A DNA stretch of 62,989 bases, filler included, from Octopus bimaculoides (GCF_001194135.2; 6 parts of 5 records of this genome joined end to end with filler, not necessarily neighbours in it), one strand, 5' to 3'; positions 13,690 through 26,251 are shown, counted from the whole stretch's first letter. Made by a program: numbers and translations. Notes: a model not told the origin generated them from the sequence alone.

Positions 13690-13897
13690 AAGGCAGAGAG
13701 CTGCGAGAAACGTTAGCACGCCGGCCGAAATGCTTAGCAGTATTTTGTCTGTCGTTACGCTCTGAGTTCACATTCCGCCGAGGTCGACTTTGCCTTGCAT
13801 CCTTTCGAGGTTGGGTTTGCGTGGTGGTGTCGATCTAATCGACCGGCCCCTCCCAGAAATTTCGGACCTCGTGCCTAGAATAGAAAAGAGTATTAAT
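13690..13897 (+). mobile_element. Family 1 SINE with internal deletion
   Basis: AAGGCAGAGAGCTGCGAGAAACGTTAGCACGCCGG...GTTCACATTCCGCCGAGGTCGACTTTGCC...GTGCCTAGAATAGAAAAG. Confidence 0.9.
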
Positions 13898-14619
13898 CTT
13901 CTATTACTGGTTAATCATATTAAAACAAATATTCTACATATCTCTTGCAACGCTGTGGTAAGAAACAGTCAAGTACCGGCATGGGGTTATTCTACTACAA
14001 CCATTTTGTAAATACTGTGATTTCATGTGGTAATCTAAGAAAACCATTATTTATATATTCCAAACGATTTAGTTTATATTGTTTGAATGCTACTTGTTTT
14101 ACAGAGTCAAAAAATTATGAAAAACAAAGTCGTATTTCGCCGAATTCGAACTTACGTTATGAACATGATTCGCAAACTCATCATTATTGATTACTTACAT
14201 ATAAACTCTAATTCATTGTATAGACACAAAACAGCAACTGTTGGTGAATAATATAATCAAAGTCAATGCTTTAATGTTCCTACTTTTATCAACGACGGAG
14301 CGATCAGACCTAGGCAGCATTTGAACTTACAACACAGTGAGTCTCAACTAAATTCCTGCCCGTTTTATTTTTTTAACTGCGGCGCTACTAAATGTGACAC
14401 TCACCACCATGACAGTGAGATGTAAGTAATAAAATATAATTATGATGCTATATCTTTATTATATTGATTTTATTAGTCTTTTCAGTATAAAAGACTTTCA
14501 TATACTCTGATGTTTTTCATCAAAGTGAGAGACAAACGATTTTCTCCAACCATTATTTCTTTTCGCTTTACATTATGCGAGCCTCTTTCTCATTCGCGTT
14601 CTAGTATGTGATGTGTACG

Positions 14620-14652
<33 letters not shown>

Positions 14653-14656
14653 GTGA

Positions 14657-14699
<43 letters not shown>

Positions 14700-14912
14700 N
14701 NNNNNNNNNNNNNNNNNNNNNNNNNNNNNNNNNNNNNNNNNNNNNNNNNNNNNNNNNNNNNNNNNNNNNNNNNNNNNNNNNNNNNNNNNNNNNNNNNNNN
14801 NNNNNNNNNNNNNNNNNNNNNNNNNNNNNNNNNNNNNNNNNNNNNNNNNNNNNNNNNNNNNNNNNNNNNNNNNNNNNNNNNNNNNNNNNNNNNNNNNNNN
14901 NNNNNNNNNNNN

Positions 14913-14945
<33 letters not shown>

Positions 14946-15140
14946 CATATATATGTTCGTCAGTGAGTCTCTCTGTGTGTGTATTTGTCTTAATGCGTAT
15001 ATATGCAGGTGCATGTATATATATATACATATATATAATGTGTGTGTGTGTGTATATACATACATACATGCATACATACATACATGTATGTATGCATGCA
15101 TATACGTATCTATGTATGTATATACATAGATACATATATG
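14620..15140. repeat. (TA)n/(TG)n/(TACA)n microsatellites around an N gap
   Basis: Directly visible. Confidence 0.95.
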
Positions 15141-15419
15141 AGAGATACTAAAATGTGTAAAGTACCGGTGACATTTCATTCGATTGCCAGAATATTTATA
15201 TTCATGAGATGTTAATAAGAGACAAGATAACAAATAAGAAAAAAAATGATAATTTGAAAGCAGAAACAGGTTTCACGTATTTTATTCTGTTTAGAGTCAT
15301 TGGATTGCAGCCATATTGCGTTGCTACATTCAAGGTTAGTTGTCGAATATAACAAACCCCAAATATTCCGCTGTTTACAATAAATTTCATCGTTCTCTAT
15401 TTATCAAGTCGCAAATAAC

Positions 15420-17060
15420 TTTATTGATATACTGTATTTTAACGTGTAGAAGAAAACTTCGGGTATAAGGAAGCCCCTAATTTTAGGGGTTTAGATATTG
15501 GGAAAAAAGGGTTTGTAAGGTATTATAATACTATCCATGTATAAGAAACTAAGATGGGGATCTTATTCTCAAATATTCAAATAACGTAGACAATGATTTA
15601 TTACGATGCCGAAGTCGTGTGGGGAGATATCATCTCATGACATTTTGCTAAAATACCATAATGTATTTGAAAATTAGACTTACAAGTGTTAAGGGACATA
15701 AAGTAGTCGTTTAATTAGAATTGAGAGATGAAATATATTTTTGAGGGAGCAAAACATAAGCATGAATGATTTGGGCTAAAAAAGAGAAAAATAATTCTAT
15801 ATTATATAGTGAAATAATTATTAATTATTTAGCATTTCAATGCACTCGCGTGTACATTCCATTATTCAGAAGAAAGTCATTGTTTACATACTTCTGAGAG
15901 GTATTTAAATATTAATGCAAAAAAATTAAGTAAGGGTATAAGAGAGAAAATGGATTTTATGAGGAGGGAAAAATAACGAAATGTGACAAAATGTGAGAAA
16001 ATTGAGAGAAGAAATACACATAATATTTTTTATGGGGTATAAGATACAAATAAGATTTAGGAATAATAGAGAAAAAAGGAGAAAAGATATTTTATATTGT
16101 ATACTACGATATTATTTTAGAATATATTTCGTAATAAAGGTATAATAATTATTATTATTTAGTATTTCATTGGGATACGTTATACCTTCCATTGCTCAAA
16201 GAAAAAGTATTAGGTATATAAAAAAATTATAGTGAACTTACTTTAGGCGAAAATGTTTTTAAAGTGTGTGGTAGTTTTTACAATCCGTTAGATTTTTCTA
16301 AAGAATAATTGTAATAACTAGTAATCTCCCTGTGTTCGTGTGGTTAAATTTTTTTCCCTCAGGTTTTATTATGATAAAAAATCATCATTTGTTTTACTAG
16401 ACAATTATATCTATAACATCTGTGGATAATGTGGATATATATATAGACACACGGGAAGTTTTTTAGGTGCATAGGTAGATAGATTAAAAGTTTCAATAGT
16501 TGTTGATACTGGTTTATAAGATTTTAGAAAATAAAAGATAAAAAATCCTAGTACTAGCATTTTTTTAAAATAGGTGTTATATGGAAATACATATAAATAG
16601 AGGGTTTATTAAGTAAATCACTGAAAAGAAAAGGGTAATTATAATGGTCGTAGATATTTAAAAGTGGAATTTGTGAATATTCCATTTAACAATGGAATAA
16701 ATATTATAGTTTATTGTATAAAGTTGGTGTTAGAGTTTTTGAGTATTATAATTTAAAATGACGGTTGGCTCTAAAATAACATCGACTTCTATTCCTGATG
16801 TTAATATACTTTCTTACTACTATGAAACTGACGAAAGTAATGCACTTATTTAATTTTAACATTCATATAATTCATATATTTCTTTTAAATGCCTATAAAC
16901 CTTTCCTCGCATGTATGCTACATACGATTATTTCATATTATGGAATATATCAATATGAATGATAAGTAGTTAAAGTTTAAACTATAACCTGTATTTACGA
17001 TTGTATATAAAGTTATAGTGATATTTGAGAAAGATATGAATATTACGACTGGCGAAACGT
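15420..17060 (+). mobile_element. Highly decayed A-rich coding-like tract, possibly a Penelope-like element
   Basis: SSR-free, purine-skewed tract. One frame gives IIFFMGYKIQ...ILRYY (~16020-16120), resembling the PLE RT motif YAxLFMGY...RYxDD. No intact ORF. Confidence 0.3.
16583..16926 (+). repeat. Left arm of a 344-bp inverted duplication (partner 19721-20064)
   Basis: Base-by-base reverse-complement match with 2 mismatches counted. Confidence 0.95.
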
Positions 17061-17540
17061 TCAACGGTTCTATCTATATTTAATCGATTTTTCTGTATGT
17101 GAAAACCATAACTACTGTGTTAATTTCGTCGTAACTATTTATATTAGCGTTCGTGTAATATCTTTACATAGACCTACAGTATGATTATCCTTGCAATTAC
17201 GTTTTCATACAAATTGTTGTCTCCTTGGAGAACGTGTAAACTCTGTTATGTTTCGTAATAGATATAATATCTTATTTGAGTTATATATTTTAAAATCTTA
17301 CTTAGCCCATTCCACATGCTCTGTTTCAAAATGCCGTAGGTCTTCAATCCGACTCAGCCATTTGCGTGTTCTTATACTAAAGATGTTACTGGTCAAGAGT
17401 CCGTTACATGTATATTATAGATTATATTTTTCCCTCTGATTCGTTTAATAAAATCATGTGTGCGAGGGTAAACTGACTGAAAATGGCGAAACCCGTCTCC
17501 CTGGCCGCCATCAAGCCGTGGCTCGAGATATCGGTCGGCG

Positions 17541-17546
<6 letters not shown>

Positions 17547-17633
<87 letters not shown>
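17547..17633. repeat. (TG)n microsatellite
   Basis: Directly visible. Confidence 0.97.
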
Positions 17634-17635
<2 letters not shown>

Positions 17636-18769
17636 ATTTACATGGGTATATATATATAAATGTATAGCTATAATGCCCATTTATACTCTTCTTTCTCTAC
17701 CACCTTTCGTTTTCACTCTTCTTTTACTTCCCTACTGACTCTCCCTCAATGTTAATGACGTGTTCTTGCACTTCATCTCACATATTTTCTTATTCTCCCT
17801 CTTTCGCAGTCATTTTTAACCCATTCCCCCCAATTCCACCCCATTTTAAGTAATGTTTCTTCTATGTTTTGAAATATTGGTTACTACTACAGATCTTATA
17901 TTTGACCATTTTCCCTTCTGAAGAAAGAATTCAACGTTTCAACCCGTCCTGTTTGAACATATTAGCACATCGGACCTATGCGTTAACAACGGTTCCTTCT
18001 TCTGTTCTTTATTACATCAGTATGTGACCTGTTTATTGATACACATTATTGCTTCAATCAGCTACTGAAAGTTTTGAAGCAATTGTAAATGATTATCCTT
18101 GACTATATTTTTCTCTTCGGCAAATATGTTTTTGTTTACATTTAAGCAATATCTCTTATAAACGATTTTAATACTTTCATTAATTGCTTGTCCATTTTTT
18201 TCCTCTCTTTCTGCCTCCCCCCCTCTATCACTATACTTGTGTGTCTCTGTATATATATATACATATATGTATATATATGTGTATATATATATATACGTTA
18301 TTCTCGATAAAACGTGTTATTACCCGCTTCCCATCTTGCTTATATTGTTACAAGTATACGTGAGCTTTGAAAATGGAGTGATTACCGCTTTGTTTCGCTT
18401 TTTTTTTTGTTTCCTGTTTTGTTTATTTGTTTTTCTTTTTCTTTCTTTTTTTTCTTCTTGCTTTTGTATAATTTTGCTTTCCATATTTTAAATTAAAAAC
18501 ATTCACCTTTTGATAATTATACCTCCGAATTTATTGAGACAAATTTAAAAATACTTTTCGGTGATGAACAAAACGTTGCTACTTTGAAGTCTTGTTTATT
18601 TGCTATGGATGCCGCGTTTTTCTTATTTTTTGTCAATTGTGTCGGGAAATTATTTATTTATTTTTCATTTGTTGTTTTCGTTGTTGCTTTGTTCAATTTG
18701 AAACTAATTATTGAAATGTCGAAATTGTTCTGTTTCCAGTGAGCATAATTACTCTTCTTCTCCTCCCCC

Positions 18770-18843
18770 TCCTTCTTTTTTCTTCTTCTTCTTCTTCTTC
18801 TTCTTCTTCTTCGCTTTCTTCTTCGCCTTCTTCTTCTGCTTGC

Positions 18844-18879
<36 letters not shown>

Positions 18880-18881
18880 CA

Positions 18882-18937
<56 letters not shown>
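18770..18937. repeat. (TTC)n/(TAT)n compound microsatellite
   Basis: Directly visible. Confidence 0.95.
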
Positions 18938-18939
<2 letters not shown>

Positions 18940-19094
18940 GCCTGTGAGCTGGCAGAATAGTTGCACGCTGGACAAAACGCTTAGCGGTATTTCGCCCGAC
19001 GCTATCTTCTGAGTTCAAATGCCACCGTGGTCGACTTTACCTTTCATTCTTTCGGAGTCGGTAAATTTCAGACCTTGTGCCTATAATAGAAAAG

Positions 19095-19095
<1 letters not shown>
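18938..19095 (+). mobile_element. Family 1 SINE with internal deletion
   Basis: Head AAGCCTGTGAGCTGGCAGAA, B-box GTTCAAATGCC, tail GTGCCTATAATAGAAAAG followed by (ATT)n. Confidence 0.85.
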
Positions 19096-19152
<57 letters not shown>

Positions 19153-19154
<2 letters not shown>

Positions 19155-19395
19155 TTATGTTTGACTTTTGTTTNNNNNNNNNNNNNGCATTTGTACAAGT
19201 TGGATCCAAGTCTCACCCAGAGACCTCAAGAGACAACAAGTTAGAAGTTCATGTAGGTGTTATGCCTAGGGTACCATATATTTGGATTTGTACAGTTTTG
19301 TTCAAGTGAATGTTTAAGAAACCATAAGAAAATTATGTGTTTGCTTTAAAATTTGAGATCACATAGACAGTATTTTACGTAGGATATGGGCAGTT
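19153..19395 (-). mobile_element. 5'-truncated R4/Dong-type LINE 3' end (ORF C-terminus, 3' UTR, (TAA)n tail)
   Basis: The reverse complement begins ACTGCCCATATCCTACGTAAAATACTGTCTATGTGA (TAHILRKILSM*, a typical R4-clade C-terminus) and ends CAAACATAAAATAATAAT. It is near-identical to 51094-51317 and flanked by TAA/TTA tracts on both sides. Confidence 0.8.
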
Positions 19396-19440
19396 TTATT
19401 ATTATTATTATTATTATCATTATTATTATTATTATTATTT

Positions 19441-19630
19441 AAGGCGCCGACATCGCAGAATCGTTAGCATGCCGGAAAAATTGCTTAGCGTTATCTCGTC
19501 TGCCATTACGTTCTGAGTTCAAATTCCATCGAGATCGACTTTGCAGATCGTCCTTTCTGGGTCAATTAATTAAGTACCAGTTACGCACTAGGGTCTATGT
19601 GATCGACGTACCAGCTCCCCCCCAAATTAT
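19441..19630 (+). mobile_element. Family 1 SINE
   Basis: AAGGCGCCGACATCGCAGAATCGTTAGC...GTTCAAATTCC...TAAGTACCAGTTACGCACT. Confidence 0.85.
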
Positions 19631-19640
19631 TGTTGTCATT

Positions 19641-19722
19641 AAGGCGGTGAGCTGGCAGAATTGTAAGCACAGTGTTTAGCGGCATTTCGTCTGTCTTTAC
19701 TTTCCGAGTTCAATTTCCACCG
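19641..19722 (+). mobile_element. Family 1 SINE head, truncated by the inverted duplication
   Basis: AAGGCGGTGAGCTGGCAGAA...GTTCAATTTCCACCG then switches to the duplicated arm; the CG dinucleotide is shared at the junction. Confidence 0.85.
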
Positions 19723-20064
19723 TATGTAGCATACATGCGAGGAAAGGTTTATAGGCATTTAAAAGAAATATATGAATTATATGAATGTTAAAATTAAACA
19801 AGTGCATTACTTTCGTCAGTTTCATAGTAGTAAGAAAGTATATTAACATCAGGAATAGAAGTAGATGTTATTTTAGAGCCAACCGTCATTTTAAATTATA
19901 ATACTCAAAAACTCTAACACCAACTTTATACAATAAACTATAATATTTATTCCATTGTTAAATGGAATATTCACAAATTCCACTTTTAAATATCTACGAC
20001 CATTATAATTACCCTTTTCTTTTCAGTGATTTACTTAATAAACCCTCTATTTATATGTATTTCC
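19721..20064 (-). repeat. Right arm of the 344-bp inverted duplication (partner 16583-16926), running into an N gap
   Basis: Reverse-complement match, ~99% identical. Confidence 0.95.
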
Positions 20065-20812
20065 NNNNNNNNNNNNNNNNNNNNNNNNNNNNNNNNNNNN
20101 NNNNNNNNNNNNNNNNNNNNNNNNNNNNNNNNNNNNNNNNNNNNNNNNNNNNNNNNNNNNNNNNNNNNNNNNNNNNNNNNNNNNNNNNNNNNNNNNNNNN
20201 NNNNNNNNNNNNNNNNNNNNNNNNNNNNNNNNNNNNNNNNNNNNNNNNNNNNNNNNNNNNNNNNNNNNNNNNNNNNNNNNNNNNNNNNNNNNNNNNNNNN
20301 NNNNNNNNNNNNNNNNNNNNNNNNNNNNNNNNNNNNNNNNNNNNNNNNNNNNNNNNNNNNNNNNNNNNNNNNNNNNNNNNNNNNNNNNNNNNNNNNNNNN
20401 NNNNNNNNNNNNNNNNNNNNNNNNNNNNNNNNNNNNNNNNNNNNNNNNNNNNNNNNNNNNNNNNNNNNNNNNNNNNNNNNNNNNNNNNNNNNNNNNNNNN
20501 NNNNNNNNNNNNNNNNNNNNNNNNNNNNNNNNNNNNNNNNNNNNNNNNNNNNNNNNNNNNNNNNNNNNNNNNNNNNNNNNNNNNNNNNNNNNNNNNNNNN
20601 NNNNNNNNNNNNNNNNNNNNNNNNNNNNNNNNNNNNNNNNNNNNNNNNNNNNNNNNNNNNNNNNNNNNNNNNNNNNNNNNNNNNNNNNNNNNNNNNNNNN
20701 NNNNNNNNNNNNNNNNCATCTTGTTAAATTAGATTTTGGCTCTCATAATTATCAAACTATTCCGAAACTAATTGCCATCTCCACTTGTCCCTGAAACTTA
20801 AATATCTAAAGC

Positions 20813-20852
20813 ATTATTATTATTATTATCATCATCATCATCATCATCATCA

Positions 20853-20908
<56 letters not shown>

Positions 20909-21161
20909 ATGGCTGTTGGTAATTCTATTATTATTACTATTAATACTAGTAGTTTATTATCGTTGTTTACTACTGCTCCTTCTACTACTACCATCAATAT
21001 TATTACTGCTGTTATTATTCATTGCGGCTGTTATTATTATTACTATTATCATTATCATTTTATTATTATTGTTGTTCAATTTCATATTCTTATTCGTATT
21101 ACTATTACTATTACTATTATTTTACTATTTTCATTATTATCATCATCATCATCATCATCAT
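20813..21161. repeat. (ATT)n/(ATC)n compound and degenerate trinucleotide tract
   Basis: Directly visible. Confidence 0.9.
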
Positions 21162-21261
21162 NNNNNNNNNNNNNNNNNNNNNNNNNNNNNNNNNNNNNNN
21201 NNNNNTTAATTAATTAANNNNNNNNNNNNNNNNNNNNNNNNNNNNNNNNNNNNNNNNNNNN
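21162..21261. other. Artificial scaffold-join spacer (44 N + TTAATTAATTAA + 44 N)
   Basis: The same 100-bp construct occurs five times; the 12-mer has stops in all six frames. Confidence 0.95.
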
Positions 21262-22779
21262 CATGAATTACTTTTAAATCTTGGGACCAAGCATGTAGGA
21301 GGGCTGTTGTAGCTCTATATTTTTGTACGCATTATTAAATGTCAGTCAGTTTTTCTATTTATTTGCTGCAAAGTAGCAATTGTTTTCCATGGTGATTATC
21401 AATTCTGTCTTGCAGGCTCTGTGTATCCTTATTTGTATGTATTGAGAATCTGGTCTTTTTTCTTTTCTTTTCTTTTTTTTTGGGGGGGGGGGTTAATAAA
21501 TAGAATTTATATCTCATAATAATAGTCATTTTTTCTTTAGTGCACAAGCATTACTGTGTTTCATCTCCAAAGGATTGAAATTGTTTTTGAATATATGCTT
21601 GATCTTTGTTTTTTATGTTCCCAGCAATATTTTAATTCCATGGACATGATATTATCTAGACAACCACACTGAATAACCTAGCCATTAATGAACACTTTGA
21701 GCAGCTAATGATGAGAGGCAAAACTTATACACATTATATTAATCTCTTCTCCATCATTGTTTATTAGCACACACTATATTGTTTACAATCACATCAATTC
21801 CATACCATTACTTCACCAAAACCAGATACTTTTAGCAGAGTCTGACATCTGTATGCTGTTTGCAATTACCATAGTGATGGAACTGCCTGTTTGTACACAT
21901 TAGAAACTAAGAGCTGAGTGGAGGTTGTGTTGTCTGTTTGCATTTTAGCATGTATCATAAACAAAAACATAAGACCTGTTAATCTGTTCAATTCTTACAC
22001 ATGATCAACCTTAATTTATTTACCTCAAAAGCTCAGTTATTTTTCCAACAGTATTTACCATGACTATTGACTTTCAGCATCCACAGAAGAATTACTTTTG
22101 TTCTGTTATTATCAATTCTGTTTCTTGAAAAGAAAAGGAAAGAAATTTCTTAGTTTGCAACATTCATCCCAGATTTCCTCCATTAAGCTAAGATAAAATA
22201 ACCCTATTGCCTTATTGACATGTTAACTTGTTTTGACCACACACAACTGTACAACACCTACATATGCACTCATACCAAACACACATTCATACACATTCCA
22301 TACACTTATCTTACATATATCACAAATTGTTACCACATATTCATCTCATACATATCACATTTATGCATGTCACATACATGCACACCCATATGTACAATAT
22401 TCTTGTCATACTTACTGTATACCACTATACAGTACTCCACACAAATATGCACATATGAACACACACACACACACACACATTACATAGCATATATATCATA
22501 CAGCACCACCACTACCACCATGTCTTGTAATTGACATTATAGTGTGTTTAAAACTATACCAGGACTTTGCAAAACTCCTGATACATTCGGTTTTGGATCT
22601 CTTGAGCGGTTTACGTGTGTGATAGAAAAAGTGCTGTCAAACATACTTAAAGGTTCTACTTTCCCAGTACATGTCATTAAAATGTCTTTTTCATTGTGTG
22701 CAGGTGTATCAAGATGGAAGTGAAAAGATTTGAGATCTCTGCTCTCCTGCTCACAGGCCACAAGTCTGACATTGCTAAA

Positions 22780-23000
22780 CAATTATCTATAGCTTTCAAA
22801 GCATAAACTGGTATCATTGAAGCTTCGTCAATAATGAAGACTTTTACTCGCCTAAGAATGTTTCCTTGATCAGAATTTGGTGGAACATTGCATACACTTG
22901 TTTCACTCAAAGGAACTGGAAGCTTGAATATGCTGTGAAGAATTTTACAACCTTTCAAGAGTGTTGCAGCAATGCCAATCCAGAAGCCAAGGGAAATAAC
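22780..23000 (-). mobile_element. Helitron PIF1-like helicase relic
   Basis: GIAATLLKGCKILHSIFKLPVPLSETSVCN...VKVFIIDEASMIPVYALKAIDNCL parallels the Helitron helicase motifs (W)TGIAATLL, HSxFKLP and IIDEASM..ALxAID. There is a frameshift upstream, and possible further decayed pieces down to ~21270. Confidence 0.85.
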
Positions 23001-23144
23001 TCAAATTTAATCCTGGCTTATCTTCCTTAGCATGACAAACACCAATGGTACAAGAGTGTTTAATATTTAGATTATATCAGTATAACTTGATGCAAGCCCA
23101 AAAAACTGCCTCACTAGTCAGCATCATTAGATAGTGGCCAGCAT

Positions 23145-23244
23145 NNNNNNNNNNNNNNNNNNNNNNNNNNNNNNNNNNNNNNNNNNNNTTAATTAATTAA
23201 NNNNNNNNNNNNNNNNNNNNNNNNNNNNNNNNNNNNNNNNNNNN
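23145..23244. other. Artificial scaffold-join spacer
   Basis: TTAATTAATTAA at 23189-23200 within Ns. Confidence 0.95.
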
Positions 23245-23286
<42 letters not shown>

Positions 23287-23382
23287 ATATATCTACACCC
23301 ATATACATACTTTTCTTAGGTCCTCTGGGTTATGGGGACGAAAACACATCAGTTTCAAGAAACGAAGGGGCGACAAACTGAC

Positions 23383-23520
23383 AAATTCCACCGAGGTTGA
23401 CTTTGCCTTTCATCCTTTCGGAGGGTCGATATAGTAAGTACCAGTGAAACACTGTGGTCGGCGTAATCGACTAGTCCCCCTACCCCAAAATTTCAGGCCT
23501 TATGCTTATAGTAGAAATTA
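23383..23520 (+). mobile_element. Family 1 SINE lacking its head
   Basis: AAATTCCACCGAGGTTGACTTTGCCTTTCATCCTTTCGG...TAAGTACCAG...ATGCTTATAGTAGAAATTA. Confidence 0.85.
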
Positions 23521-25222
23521 TTTTTATTATTATTCATCTATCGTATTTTATACAACATTGTATTTACACTACTAAATGCGTACAAGAAACAGAAGCATTT
23601 TATGTTGTGGGTTTTTTTTTTATGTCCTAATTGCCTACCATTAATTAACTTTAAATTAGGGAAATGTTAAAGGATGAATTAACAATTAAATAGTTGCTAA
23701 TATGTATAATTTTATATAAACATATTTACTCATTACAGATTTCTTTTTCAAAGGGAATATTATACACTAATGTGTGTATAGTTAAGCGATCTCCATATCT
23801 TGTTCGATGTAAACACTAGGAGGGATTAAAAATAAATGAGATAATAGAAGGAGATAAGTAGAATGTAAAATTAATTGAATAAGAATTTTAATGACAAAAG
23901 TATTTTATGGAAAAAGGAAAATATCAAAAACAAAGAAAGGCTCGACGTTTACACCTTCTCAATTAGAATAGAATCCTTTAAAATCGATGCATTAATTAAT
24001 ATATAGTGATATGTATTAAAATTGATTAAAAAATATTTGTGTGAATATCTATAAACATATACTGATTGTGTGAAAATAAGGCATGTGGTTGTGGATGTTT
24101 CCATGTGTAATACGTGTGTATTCCATTGATGTACGTATATAAATACAAGCCTAGAAAACTATATATGCATATATGTGTGTTTATATAGATAGATACGTAT
24201 GTATGTATGAATATAACTATGTTATAATTTCTGTTTGTTCGTTCGTCCATACATTACGTTCTAACTTGTTACGTAGAGGGAAAAGTGGAGTGAGTGAGAA
24301 ACGGAGAAAGTGAGAAAGGTAGAGTGAGTGTGATAGTGACAGAGTGGGAGAGGGAGTGCGATAAATAGTAGATAGTGAGCAGATACATTACGATGTCACG
24401 TGATTAGCGGAAGTGAGAAGTTAAAGAGAAAGAAAAAAAATGTTAACAACGCGAAGAGTAGAATTACACGGTTACAATATTTGCTGAAATAAGAGACTGA
24501 GAGAAATATAAAATATTCAGCAGAGAGGAGTCATATCATGTATTATTCTGACTGGAAAATAGACGCGGATGTTATATTCTTTGGCAATTTGCAATGAAAT
24601 TGAAAGTAATAATGTAAACTATAACATCGTGTATATTCACCATAACCTTTTGTGCAAATCATGTTGTGTATAAAATGCGAAGGAATCGTGATAGAATATT
24701 GCGTAATAAGGAATATGCTATTAAATATTGGTGTTGCAATTTCAAAAGAGTTGTATACTAACGAATGCTATATGAATTCAATACTGTATAGACGGTAAAT
24801 ATATATTTGCATGTTATTTATTGAACAGAGAACATTCATATGCAATAAACATGCAAAATATCTTTTCTTTCTTAAATGTTTCCTCATACTTTTTTACATT
24901 CCGTAGAATTTCCGCGGATCCCGCTAGCTACTATATATATATGTATATATATATATATATATNNNNNNNNNNNNNNNNNNNNNNNNNNNNNNNNNNNNNN
25001 NNNNNNNNNNNNNNNNNNNNNNNNNNNNNNNNNNNNNNNNNNNNNNNNNNNNNNNNNNNNNNNNNNNNNNNNNNNNNNNNNNNNNNNNNTATATATATAT
25101 ATATGCTTACCTTCCCCATATTTTTCCACGATCTTTCGATCGTGAGTGCAACACCATAACCACAAGACCACGCTCTTTCACACACACACACACACACTCA
25201 CGTCATGTATACGCCACATACA

Positions 25223-25435
25223 TACGGGGGAATGGTTCCCGATTATGAGTAAACGAACATAGAGGGAGATAAGTTAATTATGGTTTTATTCAGCATATTT
25301 TACTCACAGTTTCATACACCTATTGCAGCAGTTGTTCAGTTTTCCAAAGCCTTGTAACAGAATTCTGAAAGTTAGGCATTCAATCAGGCTTTTGAGGACA
25401 CACTTAAAGCCAGGAATATTTCAGCACCTATCACA
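25223..25435. mobile_element. Short Tc1/mariner-type non-autonomous element (MITE), left TIR decayed
   Basis: The right end AAGCCAGGAATATTTCAGCACC and left end TACGGGGGAATGGTTCC resemble mariner TACGRGGG..CTGAAAAGTTCCTGGCTT termini. It sits in a TA-rich context. Confidence 0.5.
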
Positions 25436-26190
25436 TATACATATACCAACACGTACATACGTATATTTGTGTGTGAGAGAGAGAGTGTGTTTGTGCATGT
25501 GTGTTTGTGTTTGTACGTATACTTGAGTGTTATTAGTCATATGATGTGTAACTTTGTAAGTATATTCTTCCTAATATCGGTAACTTAATTAAGCTTACAT
25601 GCAATAATTATAATTCGAGTTTAATCAACTTTCTTTGAGCTTATACAAAATGATGTAACGAATTAGAATTTTCATACGACAAAATTTTACCTTAAAATTG
25701 ATATGTGTGTACGCGGAATTGCGTACGTATGTGCAATCGTCTGTGTGATATGTTTGTCGATATAAGTAAATATTTGAGAATACATTTGTTTTCATATGTA
25801 TATATGTGTGTATTTGGATATGCGTATATATTTATACGTTTGCATGCGCCTGCGTTTATACATTCACAGATTCTCACATACATCTAAATGTATCTGCGTG
25901 TGCTCTAATTTCACGTAAGCCGATTATATTTATTTTGTAATATTTGATACTAACATATATTTCATATATATAGTGTTACAATCACGAATATTGCAATTTG
26001 TGCTACACTTCGAATCAGTTAAGTACCTTTTCAGTTGATTATTGTAGTGTTTATTATACAATTTTCATTCTTTTTCAAATAACTTTTCAAATATAATATG
26101 CTTTAATTTTTTTTCCGTGATACGTTTGCAATTGAGTCCCTCCTGACCTTATCTCTCCACCTGCTACCTTTCGCGACTGTCACTCCTTCC

Positions 26191-26251
<61 letters not shown>

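Noticed and set aside
10500-13690. Endogenous RNA-virus polymerase or NTPase pseudogene (FVDD motif)
   Set aside because: The flanking motifs (NYR, YKYL, DIKT, LYIPR-GG) fit an R4-clade RT much better.
15420-17000. Nuclear mitochondrial insertion (also considered for 57.5-59 kb)
   Set aside because: No mitochondrial protein, rRNA or tRNA motif was recognisable; faint PLE-like motifs were seen instead.
16820-17500. Hammerhead near-matches (CTGACGA at 16828; GAAACGTTC at 17054; CTGACTGA...GAAACCCGTC at 17475)
   Set aside because: Each lacks one of the two core strands or a pairing stem I. The same applies to matches near 9777, 12272 and 30370.
18938-19395. Family 1 SINE mobilised by the R4/Dong element
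   Set aside because: The sense-strand tails are complementary rather than identical ((TTA)n versus (TAA)n), and no shared 3' sequence is visible.
21206-21217. TTAATTAATTAA as a biological motif (homeodomain sites or a conserved element)
   Set aside because: It is always centred in exactly 88 Ns, so it is an assembly linker.
24390-24420. E-box (GTCACGTGA) plus ETS (GCGGAAGT) promoter-like pair
   Set aside because: These are short motifs with no supportable downstream exon; they could be real but cannot be supported from sequence alone.
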